Of a DNA stretch of 64,000 bases, positions 37,815 to 52,700 are shown piece after piece. The notes under the pieces are model-generated. The model searched no databases, was not told the origin of the DNA, and saw only the letters and a list, made by a program, of their open reading frames with translations. The DNA is taken from NCBI RefSeq assembly GCF_963853765.1, contig NC_088857.1, positions 43,090,001-43,154,000 of the forward strand. Direction: 5' to 3'. Position 1 is the first letter of the stretch. Every line of letters starts with the position of its first letter. The translations under genes and the position numbers were made by a program. This stretch comes from Magallana gigas (taxonomy: Eukaryota).

Positions 37815-40344
37815 ACATAATGATTTACTAAGTTCGTAGAATGGAGACTCATTTGATTTCATACAACGGTTTATATAAAATCAAAGCTAACATGTAAGTA
37901 TGTATCTCGCTATCTCTCAATGGTTTTACTGTTTAGAAAAAAATCAAAAATGTGCATCTGTCCGAAATTAAATCTCAGTTATTTTAGATTTAAAAAAAAA
38001 CTTCTTCATGCCTTACTTGTATATGAGAACATTTGTCATATAAAAACTTACCATTTAAAAAAAAATGATGTCACTTCCGGTTCTACTTCGTTACTCTTAT
38101 CAGAAACTATAAACCAACTCCTGTCAGTTCTAAAATAACGACCTTGTCTATTAACAATATTAAGTCTATCTATCCAGGATTGTTCTACTTGTCTGATAGC
38201 ATCATGTTATCTTATTCACTGGGTGTCTGACCGATAGGACCAAACCCGTTTATTGTGCTTCAGCAATTTTCTAAGTAAAGGCTTGTGGGAGACCGATATT
38301 GTTTCTACACCCTAGATAATCGTTATAGAATCACATTTATCCCTCATAAAATTGACCGGCGTCTGAGTTTTCCCTGCGTTTTATTGTCTTTTGCTTTTAA
38401 TATGTCATTTTTAGAAAATACTCTTGGGTAACCATGACAAAGCCGTAAATTTACAATAGGTCTACACAATACCATGGTTTGCAAAAAAGTTGTAATGACG
38501 TAAAATAAAAACGCGAAATACATGAAGGTTACATTAAAGAGTTTGGAATTAATCTTGCATTAACTTGATCTGCTGTGCAAATTTGGTTTGTGGACAATGT
38601 TTATTCAGAAGCTGTAACACTGTGATTAAGAAATCTTACAATGCAGATCGAGGTAAAGTGTTATGGGATATTTCAGATGTCGAATGAATATTAGATCCGT
38701 TTCAATGTGCATCATAGACTTTACGTAATGAAGTTTTGCTTCCTAAACTGATTTAAACTTGTTTTGGTTGGTTTTCTATACATCTACCACATCAACTTGG
38801 TTGAAAAGATGAACAGAAACCAAGGAGATAAGGAATTGTTCATAATCTAATTGATTAAGATTTACCAATGTAGATATATATTATTCCCTATTCATATTTA
38901 ATTTAGTTATTAACAATTTCATTACTTTCGGTACCTAGATTAGATAGACATCTCGAAATGAACTCAATATCATCGGTTTTTTGGCGTAAAACAATGTACA
39001 AATGTACTGTAAATCAAATCAATAAATAATCGTCTTATCATTTCCCTGATATATGAAGCATTACATATTTCCCAAATGATAAAAATATTTCCAAATTTTT
39101 AAGATAATTTTCTAAGGGTAAACATAAACATCAGAAAAATAAGCGAATCAACGCATACTTCAAAGGACAGCTTCTGCCTGCGTTTTCGCAACAACAAATA
39201 AAAAATAAAAAAATTGAAATTGACGATCATTGAATAACGTTGATTTTATTTTGGCTGCTAATTGCTTCCGTTGTTTTAGGAACAGCATTGTTTTACCAGG
39301 GAAGGACAAGTCTACAATTTCAATGAATCCAATAGGGGGTATCAGATAAGGAAACTTCATGTAAAATGAATGGGGTAATAATGTCGCCGCACAGCAAAAA
39401 CATTTCTCACAAATCTATAGATTATTCTCACTGATATCACGTGGCTTTCAGATATTGCACATATTTATGGCATTCTGGGAATTTTGCAGATTCGGTAAAA
39501 GTATGTATTTATGAAATATTCTCGATATTTGCTCTAGTCTCAGCTAACACGGTTGACTATTGGCAATCTTTGTAAATATCTCAAAGGTTAATTAGTGTTG
39601 ATTTTAGCGCAGTAGCGCAGTTCTGAGCGCGAGAAAGTTTCGAGCTGGTTTCAAATTCAGAAATGTGGTAGTGTGAACTGATCGCTTGTTTGTTGGTGTA
39701 TTAAATTTCCATAATGACTCGCCAGTATTTTTCTTCAGCAAAAATAAACTTAACTGAAGGGTGTTCGAAATATGATATATAAATGTACGTCACTAATTAT
39801 GAAATGAAATGGAGAATCAATGCCACTGGGATCAAGTGCATGCTTATTTGATGAATAGACGCAGGTATCAAATTGAGTACATTTTCTATAATTACACGAA
39901 AAACGCCCAGTTTTCAATGCACCCACGTGCACTATTTAAGATGTTTATGCAGTTGAAAGCAAGGTCTATTGAAATATGCTTTTCAAAGCAGTATGAAGCA
40001 GTTGGTTTCTTCTTACTTTAATCTAATTCTAATATTTTTCCCTCTTTTTATTGCATTACAATCAATTTCAGTTCATAAATTATACACAGAAGTATTTGAT
40101 GATTCATGCAGCACACTAATTAGATATGATAGTTTTATGTTCTATTCGATTAAACTATTTTTCTCTCACAAACATTCCCGAAATATAGCGATATGCTTGA
40201 TTTGTTTAATTGTGTTTTTATTGTTCAATACTAGAATTCTTAATTGCGTTGAAATGAAAAGAAAAATAGGTTATGGTATTAGGTTATGTTTTACTAATGG
40301 TTGTTAAAAAAATTTCAATACTACATACATCAGTACTGTTTCCT

Positions 40345-40750
40345 TAGCTGCAGGTCTGTAGCTCCCGGTCTGAAAAAAAAATCGGATGGACGACCTGGGA
40401 GCTACAGTGCCACCTATTGGAAAAAATGTGCGCTAGTTTTGGACTGATTAACCTTATTTATGCGCAAATTATGTAAAAACAATAAGTACCATTATATTTT
40501 TCGTGCAGTTAACTATTGATATCGTCTCGTTACTTGCCTGTGATAGTCTTTTAAACACAATCACCAGCCTTGTAAATTGAAGTGGTGCAGTTTGTTTTCA
40601 TCTAAAAATGGGGACTCTCGATCTTGATGTAAATTTAATAAAACTTGATTTCTTGGGTCGGTAGCGTGTTCTGCAGAAGGTCTGAGACACAGTAGCTCCC
40701 AGGTCGTCTGTCCGAATTTTTCCAGACCGGAAGCTACAGACCTGCAGCTA
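40345..40750. mobile_element. Non-autonomous TIR element with 9-bp TSD (Mutator/MULE-like), 406 bp
   Basis: TIR of about 62 bp, TAGCTGCAGGTCTGTAGCT.CCGGTCTG..AAAAA.TCGGA..GACGACCTGGGAGCTAC. Perfect direct repeat CTGTTTCCT at 40336-44 and 40751-59. Confidence 0.9.
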
Positions 40751-43700
40751 CTGTTTCCTGTGATTTTTTTGAAAAAGTATGGAAGTTAATTTTTATTCTA
40801 CTGCTGTGTACACAATTTCTTAAGAAACCCGATTGTTTACTTACAGCTACTGACAAAACCGAACACGATCTAACCAGTTTAAGTTTTGTCCGGTTTTTAG
40901 TATTTAAACTCGGTAGCATGTGACAATTAAGGAGAGAAACTTTGGCTTATGATCGATCGAACATTATTTACATGTACATAGAAGCACGGAATCCCTGGGC
41001 TTTGAAGGCAAAGCGATCATTCCAGAAAAATTAATCTGCTTACCTCAGATTTTTTTCTGCAATCTTTGCTCCTTCCATAGCCACATGAACCACCTACAAG
41101 CATTTTATTTTTTAATTAAAGACTAGATACATACTCTCTATATTCAAGTGCCTTTGGCTCCAATCAAGGTGTATCTACCACCAACGTTGATCATACAATA
41201 CGCTCTCGGGTTTGATTTTTCTAACGCAAAAAATATCCAGGAGATTAATGCCATTTACGTCCAAGTTTTAAAAGGGTAAATGGGATATTTTTTAGTTTTC
41301 CAGAAACCTCTTCCTAAGAAAATCCAATACATATGGATATAAATTTTAGACAAAAATTTCATATTCATCGCTTGCCTAGCCCAATAATAGAGAAGTTAAT
41401 CCAAGTGTCGCAAGTTCAAATCATATATATGCTTCACCTAAAATAGGAGCTTACCTACAGGAAAATTTGGTTTGACATGCCGTAGAGCTACAATACCTTG
41501 CACACTAAAGAAACCTCTCAAATTACGGCGCATTAAAAAATGAGCTAGTGTTTAACTTTACATACTTTCTAAAAATATTGAATCCAAAATTTTCCGTCAG
41601 ACATTTTAATACAAATATCGTATTATAGTTACTTGCCGCTGAAATTCTTTTTAATGCCATCACCAGCCCCGTAAAGTAAAGTACTTAGGTTTGTTTACAT
41701 GTAAAAATGGCGACTATCGATCTTACAATTTCCACCAATAGTGTGATTTAATTTCAAATTATTGACAATTTTCTTTTTTTTCAATTTTCATAATTATGCA
41801 AACACCGCTTGCGTCCGCAACAGTGCGTTTTTTGCGTCATTGGTGAAATGTACTGAACAATAAGTTACAAATTTGATTCGTAGTGTTAACATAGTAAAAA
41901 ACACTAGAAAATATAAATATTTGTTTGTGAAAAAGATAGGTCTCATTCTGATAGCAATGACTGCGGGGTTTGTTTTTTTGTGTATACACGGTTACGTCTT
42001 GTGAGAACTTCGTTTACTTATTGCTATCAAACTGTGCCCATGGATTCTATCTGCGGTTATTTTTATTCAAAATATGATAAGAAGCTATTTCATATGCAAT
42101 CAAAAATGTATATCAACATTTGGATTTTTGTTGTTGTTGGTTGAAGTAAATTTATCAAAATACGCCGACATTCAATTTGTTGAGAGTGAAACAGTAATGA
42201 ATTATATCTCGTTCAGCTCCGTATTATGACGCATCAGCATGCTTGTCAAATTTATCATTTATTATCTTACAAAAACATACTGAAGGTCTACATCTAATTT
42301 TTAAGTGATAACATTTCCAAGACGAATTAAAGTGCTAATGTTATGACATCGAGATGGAATAACGACTACTATATTTATTTTCTATGGACCAATTTATATG
42401 AACATTTTTTCTGGGTTGTATTCGACCGGTGACATTTTACGAATTATTTCTCGAAATCTATATCAGTTGCCTGAATGTATGCTTCAAGCTATAAATTAAT
42501 GTTGGCTATTATTTCTATTCGATAAGTGGTTTGTTAGTTTACATCATAGTGCACTGAAATATTATCCTATTTTGGTTCAAGTAACTGCAACAAAATTGCT
42601 TTTCATCAATAAAGATGTTGCCCTGTCAAAGTATATTCTTCCAGATAATGGGATATAGAATACATGATATGATAGATAGCTAGGTAGCACAAAAGAGTAT
42701 CAGCTAATATTATTTAATGCCTGGTAACATGTACAACTGGTGACATTTTTGAAAATTTATGTTGGAAAACATTTTAACAATATTCAGCTGTAAAATCGAT
42801 CATATATTAAGGCTATTTAACTTTTTTCCTTAAATGTTAGCATTTCAGATATCATAGTAGTTTGTTTGCGAAACACCTGATCATTTAGTGTTTTTAAAGA
42901 ATTGATATGAGGGTCAATATTGTGTCTCGTATTCTGGTAAATAACCACACTTTCAGAGTAAGGCGTATAGTTAACATCCACAAGGATATTCACCTCCTGA
43001 AACAGTGATCTTTCAAAAAGAAAAAAAATATGAAACACAACCCAGAATAGGGCTCCCAGTGCAGGGTAGAGTAACTGTTCCATCATCTTGCCTCATCAAT
43101 CACCACTTTTATGATGGCATTTGAAAGATTGGATAATTGTTTTTAAAATCACTCTGGTCTGATTTCATTGCCAGCTGCCTCGTCATGTAAATCTGATAAG
43201 CCTGGGTGGATATAGGCATCGTCTATTAATGAAACCATAAAGTACATGTAATTGTATAAAACAGCAGAAAAATTTCACTGCAATCAACTGGAGAATTCCG
43301 AGGGGTTTACCGAAAGACGAAACAAAAACTTTGAAATCAAAATAATAATACAGCACAACCCAGCAAAAATAATCAAAATAGGTTGCAGAATATTACAGCT
43401 AGCATCCATTCTCTTTTAGATTCGTTTGTTTATGTCTGTATTTCACATCTAACATTTCAAAAGAGCGTCGATGCAGGAAAAGGCAAGTTACGAACGGATT
43501 TCAAAGGTCTTTGTCTATTCGATGCAGGTGTTAGAAATCGACGATTTCTGTTGAATTAAGAACAAAGTTAAAAAACATGGTCTGCAAATGCCGTCTGAGG
43601 TACTGTAGCTGATGCATTATATTTGTGTGCAATTAAGTAAAAGACAAAAAAAAACAGGACATTGTTTGACCGATATTTATTTTGCAGAACGAATTTCTTT

Positions 43701-46700
43701 GTTGGTTTTTAACGTAAATCTGGTTTATCTAGTAAATCAGCTATTGGTTCTGTTCTCACTGATTCTCTGCACGAAGCTATCCACCACCCAAAACGCTCTG
43801 CTTATTTTAAGAATTGTTTTAAGCTATCCTGGTCGTCTGAATGGCGCATAAAAATAACTATCGGTGGGTTATCTATATCAGTTTTTTCCCTTATCAAAGA
43901 TAGACAAAAAATAGCTTTGTCTGCCTTGGAGTATTCACGAAGTACTGTGGTGTAAATGAACATGCATTTTCTTCGTTAAAAAAAACGAACATTCATTTGA
44001 TTTAAACTGAAATAAAATGTTTTGTGCGAGAGATATATATGTATTGTAAGCCGATCTGGGTTTTTTATTTACTAACTTTTAATCTTATTCATCTTGTATG
44101 ATGTTGAACTTGTCACAATTGCAAAATATGTATATTGTCTTAAAACTTAATGAACTTTTCTTGCTTCTCATGGTATGAATAAGTGCATTTGCACTTGAGA
44201 ATATTGTTGAAAGAGTTGTGAGAAAAAATTTCCTTTTGAACAGAGACATTGTTTGCAGACCGAGATGGGAACAAATTAGCAAACATGATAATCACTGGTG
44301 GATCGAGGCACCAAAAACAAAGAGTCCATCGACGTCCAAGGACCAAGGTCACTGTGATGATAGAACACAGTAATAATCTACTTCACAGTACAAAAGGAAG
44401 CTGACAGGGCTGCATTTCCGAGGTGTAAAGTGTATTAATCTCAAAGCATTAATGGGAAAGGCAGTCTAGGCAAACGATGGAAGGACGGTGTACGGAGCAG
44501 TCAGAATGGACACAGAAATAGATACAACTAGCAACGGCTTTTTTGATTGCAGTTCACACTTTTATGAAAGGAAAAATTTAAGTATTGGTGTGCCTTTTAC
44601 ATCTCTCGTAATAGTATATTTTTGCAATGTTTGTGGGTCATTTTCTAGTTTATTTAACAGGATACATTCAATAAGAAAGAGGAAAAAACGTCATTTTTTT
44701 TTTTGGTTTCTTTAGTTTGAAAGTATTCTGGTAAACTTATTGAAATAACTTATTATATTTCACGTCTTTTCTTGCCTTACGATTTTTCATTACCAGGAGA
44801 TAACAATGAAGAAGTGCATGGGGTATCATGGGAAGGCATTCAAAGGAACCAAAGAGTAAACAAACCAAAGCAATTTACATTTGACGAGTGTCCAGACATG
44901 CAATTTACTTGATTCTCCTAAGCCAGAATAGCTAGAAAACAAAGTGAGCTCCTCTAGCCAGATACTAACTGATCGACAAACGATTATTTTGACAGAATGA
45001 TGGACATTTTCGATTTGTAGGGGTAAACAGCGCTAAAAAAGTATGAGAGAACTTAAGATAAGCAAAAGAAGTTCTGTACTGAATTGAACTTGAATTATTT
45101 TAACAGGAAACTTGACTTGTTTCACTTGGTTCGAAATTACATATAGTTTACAATTTTTTCTAATTTAAACAAAGAAAAGCGATACATTTAATATTATGCC
45201 CGAAATTAATTAACCTAGGTCTACATTGTTTCTGGACATACAATTATTTATCTAAAGTACGTACGTGTAAATTTAATATATTTTCATTTGTTTTGTAAAC
45301 ATACGATTAATATATGTGCACTATGTTTAAATTTGTGTTGATTTTCATCTCGAATACGTCAATATTTTTCATTGTTAATTATCTATCCTTCTTGCATAAT
45401 TTATTTCTATTAATGTATTTTAAATTTATGCGAGTTCTTAATTTAACAAGCGCACTACAATTTGCATAACCATGTATATATCAAACAAGATTGGTGAAAT
45501 TCTTTGAATTGAAAAAGTTTAAAAAAGAAACAACGTTGAACGTGTCATATGTATTTAAACGATTTCAAATGTATGCTTATTGTAACTTACCATTTTGTTT
45601 GCAAATAAAATTTTCAAAATTAAAGGGAATATATTCCATGAATTGGATTAAATGTTACTGTTTCTATTCGTTAGTTGGAGAAATCCAAGCCAAATGACCG
45701 CATAGTCTCTTAAGGTGAAAATAAACAACAGACTGGATTTAGTGTGGCTACTAGTATCCATGACCAGTTTTAGCGGGAATATTTACATGACAGATGATCT
45801 ATTAGAAAAATTCTCACGTTTAGGGCCACTTATTCAACACACGTCATACTGTCCATAACGCATTTGTATCGCTGTTGATCACCTTAAAAATCCCTGGCAC
45901 GTGGGCAGTCGGCGATAACCTCAAAGGGTAATCTAAAAAATAAAAGATTTATTTCATGACTGGTCGCTGAACTGCCAACAATGTATCTAATTACCGAAAG
46001 TTGCAAGTTTTTTCTTTTATATTTATTGTCAGAAATGAAAAAAACTAACAAACTTGTATGTAAAAAAAACTTTGTTAATATATTGCTGTTTTTCTTCTAA
46101 ATGAAAAAACTAATGTAGTGTACTATTTGATATACTTTTATAGTTATTGAAAATGAACAGTGAAAGTTTTGATCAAACTCCCAAAAAGTCTCGTCTTTTG
46201 AATTGTTCCCCAAAGACCTTAAAAAATGCTGCTACGTCAGCGCCTTATCTCGTAAATTACGCGTAATTTTCCCGTTATAGACAAGTTTTTCGCTAAACGC
46301 AAACGAAGCCTGCGTAAATGTGATAAATCCGAGCGGTCTAAACACAGTCACTTAAAACAATTGACTTTTATTTGCTTGTATATCAATAGAGGTTTTCTTC
46401 AAATTTACTTAATGCACTGTCAAACGGTCCTTGGTTGTATCCATTTTGCCAATGATTTATGTAGAGTTGATGTCATCAAGACCGAACAACATCAAGAACC
46501 TGTAAACAACAATAGCAAATTCAACTTTTTTAGCTATCATTTCATTTGAAGAAATATAGTATTATTTTGCAGTAAATTTCACATTAACGGGGAATTTAGC
46601 ATCCGTGTTTACCAAACGGCATGCCCACATAATTTGTTTACAAAGAATTTGTTTTTCTTTGAAATTATTGGTGATAATGATATAGACGAAATACGTTAAC

Positions 46701-49700
46701 ATTCATTTTATTATTTACATGTAAACCAGCTTGCTCTTCGAGTCCAATTGAATGTAATTATATCATGATCATATCCAACTCAATCATCTAAGTGGAAAGT
46801 TTGAGTATCTTGGAGGGAGACGTGCTACATTTTACATATTGTAGATCAGGGACAATACTCGGCGGCGCAGTAATGGTATACATTAGCGTTGATAACAATA
46901 ATTCTGTTGAAATTAGCAAATGTTTCGAAATGTAGGCTATTAGACCATAGTAAACCCTGAATGATTTATACATGAATTCAACAGCTGTCCAAGGAACTTA
47001 CCAAAACATGCAGAGAACTTTCCAGATATTCAGGAAGGTCAGTGACCAGAAACTAAATGATATACATGTATTAATAAAAAAGCATCTCAGGAATGATTGT
47101 GGGTGACTTTTGGCTCATTTTATTATGTCCACCAAGATTAAAAAGAAGAAAAAAACCATGATACACATTATTGCCTTAACAGATTTTATATTGAACAAAA
47201 AATTGTTATTCATAAAATAAAAATATGATGAACGATGACAAAGCTGTGATTGAATTTCACAAGTAAGAACATTGAAAAATACGATGGAGTCACCACAGGG
47301 AGGTCTTTGTGACTCCCACTTCCTGTTATGTATGTTATACATGTAATGGAACAAACCAACCATCGACAAGATATTTGTTTACCAAAGACGTCTTTCAGTG
47401 TTGGCATTCCCTATATGTATGAAAACGTAGAGGAAACAGTTGTTCTACATGTACGTATGTACGTCAGAAATGGTAAATATGATAATTTAATTTTCTTGTC
47501 GTGACGATAGAGCATGATTTCTTTCCAGTCTTCAACTTAATTTCAGGTTTTTATGTCACTTATGAATGGCACTATTTCTTTTACTTATATAACCTAGTTT
47601 AATCTTAATTTTCAGAACATATATGTGCATAAAGATACACCAAAATTCGTAAAATAAGTCTGTATACAACTTTAAATACCATGAATTATTTTTTAAGAAA
47701 ACAATTTAGAATAAATCTAACTATGATGTACATAGATCAATACATGTGAATTGGGTGACTTAGAGAGTTTGAACCATGCAACCACGTAGTACAAGTCATC
47801 TGGGTTACTCTGACAGTTTGATTGATGGTACATACAATTTCACACTTCATGAATCTGTTGAGCACTGGTAAAAATCCCTTCCTTGGAATTACCGGTAATA
47901 TAAAATTATGGCTTTTTCTGTTAAAGCGGATAAATTCTCAATCTTTTGTACAGAAATATCTTCTTTCTAATCAATTTCTTTATCTTAACGACAAAAATTC
48001 CACAATGAGCCGTTTAATGAACGGTATTGACTATAAACATTGCAGGGTTAATTCCATGCAAAGCAGCCTATGAAAAGTAATTAGCTTCAGATTTTTATCT
48101 AGATATAATTCCAATTATTTTCGTAGGACCCACTCTCTCCAAAACTATTCCCAACACCGGGCTTTATGACTGCATTGTTTTGAAATGCCAGTTGTTCCCT
48201 AGAAGTAATAATAAATAGCTTATCGATATGAAGAAGTTTCACTGATTACGCTTTCATATCGGCCAGGGACCCTGTAGCGGAATCAATTCGGAATTCGCAG
48301 TTGCCTCAACAGGTTCTCGTCTCTCGGATGGTGTGTGCTAGGTGATATCTGTGGAGAATATTAACTTTCCCTCGTTTTTTTTTTATTAATTCTTTTTTTA
48401 TTCGAATTCAACACCATATTGAGAATCACGTTGCATTGCATTAAAGATCAATATTTTTGGAGAATATCTTCTATGTATAAGGTAGGTTTTATTCCCGTTT
48501 TTAAAATTTGATATGATTGTAAATACCGGTAATTATTTGTATATCGATTTTTTTCCCAAATGAGAAGTGATCTCAATATCGTAAATGTCAACGCTTTAAT
48601 TTCTAAACGTTGTAAAATTGCATCATATTAGAGTTCTATTTCACTAATTCCATCAAGAGATTCTCAGTGATAGTAAACCACTTATATATGCATTTTCATT
48701 GGCTATTCGGCGTCTTCTTGACGAAAGTTTAGACATGCTATCAACTAAATGAGTTTTAAATTCATGTCCGATTGATTCTTTTCTCTTAATGAAAAAAGAG
48801 TTACTTCTAGATAGATAATTTTAAAGGAAAGTACGCATACTATTATATAATATCGCGATTCGGATAAATATAGTCCAAGATGTCAAATTGCGACCATTGT
48901 TAAACTTGATGATAATTTAATTTGACATTTTCGCCATGAATAGAATGCCGAAATAAAAATGCTATTATACGTTTAAGTAGATAATGGTTGTATAAGTTTC
49001 ACTATCATATCTGTGAAAATGAAAACTGCCAAAATCCGACACTTTAAAGTATTCCACTTATTTCAAGTGATCCGTGTAATTTAAATAATAATATTGCATT
49101 ACGAGAAATTTTTTTTCAAAGGATGGTTGTCGACGATCATAAGCAATGTAATATTCCTAAGCAATGTAATATTCCTCATATGCAATCATGCATAAACAAT
49201 GCAGGAAGACTATCGTGAGATCGGTTTGATCAAATATCTGGGAATCAAAAGTACTTTACCCTTGATTTGAAAACGAAACTGTTGAAGAGGTTCAGTGTTC
49301 TACAGAGAGCAGTTTGCAGTGAATAGGAGAGCCCGCGCAGTCATTTATTTATGAATAGTACTCACACGGCTTGGTTTACAATTTGTAATGCATATGATAG
49401 ACAACACAGCAAGAGACTTGTTTTTTGCATTCACTCATGCATTCTCTATCTCTCTCTAGATTTGCGTTGAATTAATGCACCACGATCCCTAATTCGCGAC
49501 ACATCTTGATTTTGTCAAAAGGTGTTCTCAAGCTATTTTATGACCTTGTATCTTAATGCATATGAAAGGTGATTAATTTAGATCCATCAAACAAAGGAAA
49601 TGTACCACACCATAAAGTTACGATATCTTGGTTTTGTATCCTAGAAGAACAAATTCTAAGTTTTTCGAGCTTGTTAAAGTAAACTGGTTCTTTTTTTTTC

Positions 49701-52700
49701 TTAGTTCACCTTTAAAGAACCATGAAGCTTGATAAAACAGCAACATAATTTTATGGTACTTTTTTCTTATCATTTTAATCTATAAGTATTAAAGTTCCAA
49801 AAACCCAATTTTGTCATACCTTTGAAGCAATTTGTCAGGAGGGGTTAAGGAAAATGCCAAAAAAAAAAAAGAAGAAATTCAGACAACAAACATAGAGTTT
49901 GAAAAGCAGGGGTCTATCTGTCACGCTATTTAAGGCATAAGATATGGTAATATAGTTGCCAAAGATCGAGGGTTCGACACTCCTTGGGCCCCTCCCCCTG
50001 GGTTGTTTTTTTTGTTTTTTTTGCACGTTGTGCGGGCTGACCTTGAGTTATATAAATTATCATTGAATTTTGTTTCAAATCAATTCGCACCACGAGCGCT
50101 TCATCGGAGCAGAAAAAACCGATTGATCTGTGATTAATTTGAATTGATAATTTTTTCATCATTTACATAAGACATGTAGATACAGATTTCTTCAAAGCTT
50201 TAGGTGTAAATGGTGTTGTTTATCGCATAAATCGCGATATTTAGGCGACAGCTGCAACAAGGAAACCTTCGCAACAGGGGATTTATTTAGATAGGAGATG
50301 AATATCATAAGCTCAAAAGATATACACTAGAGAGTACATGTCATTAAAATCGAAATAAAAACATATGCCGTTTTTTTTATTAACATCAAATTTCAATTAT
50401 ATAAAACGAATTATCAAAATTCGCTTCCGGAGCAAATGAAGTGTTATTTTGCAAAGCCATTGTCGCTACCGGGTTTTAGGACAATGAAAAGGGGTTTTTT
50501 TTATTACTTAATTACTCATATAACGAATTTTATAACGTGTTTATTAAATGTCGCATCATTCTTCTTTTTTATTGTCATCTTTTTAAGTCGGGTATATTCT
50601 AATTGATCTCACAAAGGACTGAGAGTGGCCAAGTAATCCGACAGTTGCTATATTGCAAGTTTGTTTTACTTTTTCAACATGACATCATCGGGGTGAGGCC
50701 TATAACTTTTTAATTTAGAGGGATCAGAAAAGATGGAAAATCTTAAAGTGTTTCTGAACAAATTCCTCAGGCTTGAAAGCACAATGATGCACTTGTATAT
50801 CGTGCGTCCAAGAACAAATATTTCGTTTTGTATAAATCCCAAAATAAATAAACGATATAGCTGATTATCCTGGAACTTAATAACTTTGACAACTAAAGAA
50901 ACCAAATGCCACATCAAAATGCCAAATGGAACAGAGTGAGATCACTTTCGTTAAACCATAAAGGTCAACCAATGACATTGAAATCAAGAAACTAAGAATA
51001 AAAGCAAAGGTGGGGTGGGGTATTAGGTCGAATGGCTTGACGTAGACCTGTTGAACAGCTGGTCTTGAGCAATGAAAACATTGAGAGACCAAGTAACATT
51101 TGTGGTACATAACCCTGACAAGTGCATGCTTTTGTAGAGCGATAGAACTGCACTGGAATTCCTTGACCAGCTTGTAAATATCGACAAACCTTTGTATGTG
51201 TTACATGAACAAGTTATCAGAATAGATTAAATATTTCTCAAGTTGTTTATCATCATGATAATTGTGCTATGGTGCATGTTTTAAAGATACTGCACATGTG
51301 CACGATCTTATTTTTGGAGTGGAAATTACCTTCATATTATATTTCCTTATCAAATTATGTCTGGACGATTTCTTTCGAGGAAAAAAGTCCTTAGGTGTAT
51401 GACCATGTCATATTTGATTATGTTAACGTATCACGTCACATGAACAGCACACAAACTGCTGACGTGAATACCAGTGGATTGAAGTTACTACGGCCATAAC
51501 TCGGCAATTGGAGTTGATTAAGAATTCCTAGTATGTTATTTACCTGTCGTTGGCCCATACAGGTACCTCGCTTTATGATAGTATAACATATCCAACCCTG
51601 GCCATTAATTTATTGCGTGACGTAAGTGGACATTTCTTGTTTTGACGGGATATGGATGGCAATAAGACAAATAATGCATAAATGTTTAATAAAGCCGTGG
51701 ACCAAATGAAGTGGCCATTACTACTCTTAAGGTTTCCAAGTTAAGGATAGTTCATTACAAGCCTATCCTATAACTTCTTTGGCATAATAAGTTTTAACGC
51801 TTGGCCTAAGCTGTTAAATTGGGTGACTCTAGAAGTCATTTATTGCAAAACTTGTCCTATACGACCACCAATAGAAGGGAGGTGGAGGATCAATGCATTT
51901 CTTTGCCAAATAGCTCGACCATGATTAGTCAGACGGTCCATAGATTCTGGAATATTGAGTTCACTTGAGGACAATCCCGAGGCTAATATGACGAAGCCAG
52001 TCTTCCACTGTTTATTCTTTTCGCAAACTTTCGCTGATCCTTTTTGCAATAATGCCCATCGTAAGTAAATTCCTCGTTACAGGAGCGCGCAATTAATGGG
52101 AAAGCAACGGAACTGTCGGGATCACTTTCGCTTTTACACTTTGTTAATTTGCTATGCAAATGATGCACAGCATTGTCAATCATAGCTGGAAGCCGCACTT
52201 CGGACAACAGTTCTTTATATTCTCAATAAACGTTTGCTCTTAAAAGGAGATGTTTGATGTAAAAATATACTAAAGTGGCCAATTATTTTAAGTTTTGCCT
52301 GTATTGTTTTCTATGATTTGCATAATAGTACATTTCGTCACTGCCAGGTGATAATCATCCACCCATTCTAGGTGGAGTAAACACATTTAAGTCAGTCACA
52401 AACTTATTCCTGTTCTGTTGTACAAGTGAGCTAGGCGAACATTAAGAAGTTAGCACACAAGTATCGATTTTTTCCTCAGTATATTGTTTTATACATAATT
52501 GATATACCTTGCAAACTTCGATAGTGTGCCGTTACGGACTGAACGATGTTGTGGACTGATTTCTTATTCGGGTAATGTCGGCTTTGTTCACACCTGCTTC
52601 TACTGTATACAAGTATGTAAGTTTTGTCTTCAATTTTTGAAAATATTCAATAAGGTTGCCATTTCTATTTCAGGCATTTTCAATTATTATTTTAAACTTT

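Noticed and set aside
49141-49176. 18-bp direct tandem duplication (AAGCAATGTAATATTCCT x2), and a similar ~15-bp one at about 61233-61262
   Set aside because: Ordinary slippage events with no further structure.
49960-50000. GGGTTCGACACTCC B-box-like motif (tRNA/SINE?)
   Set aside because: No A-box at a suitable distance and no cloverleaf could be folded.
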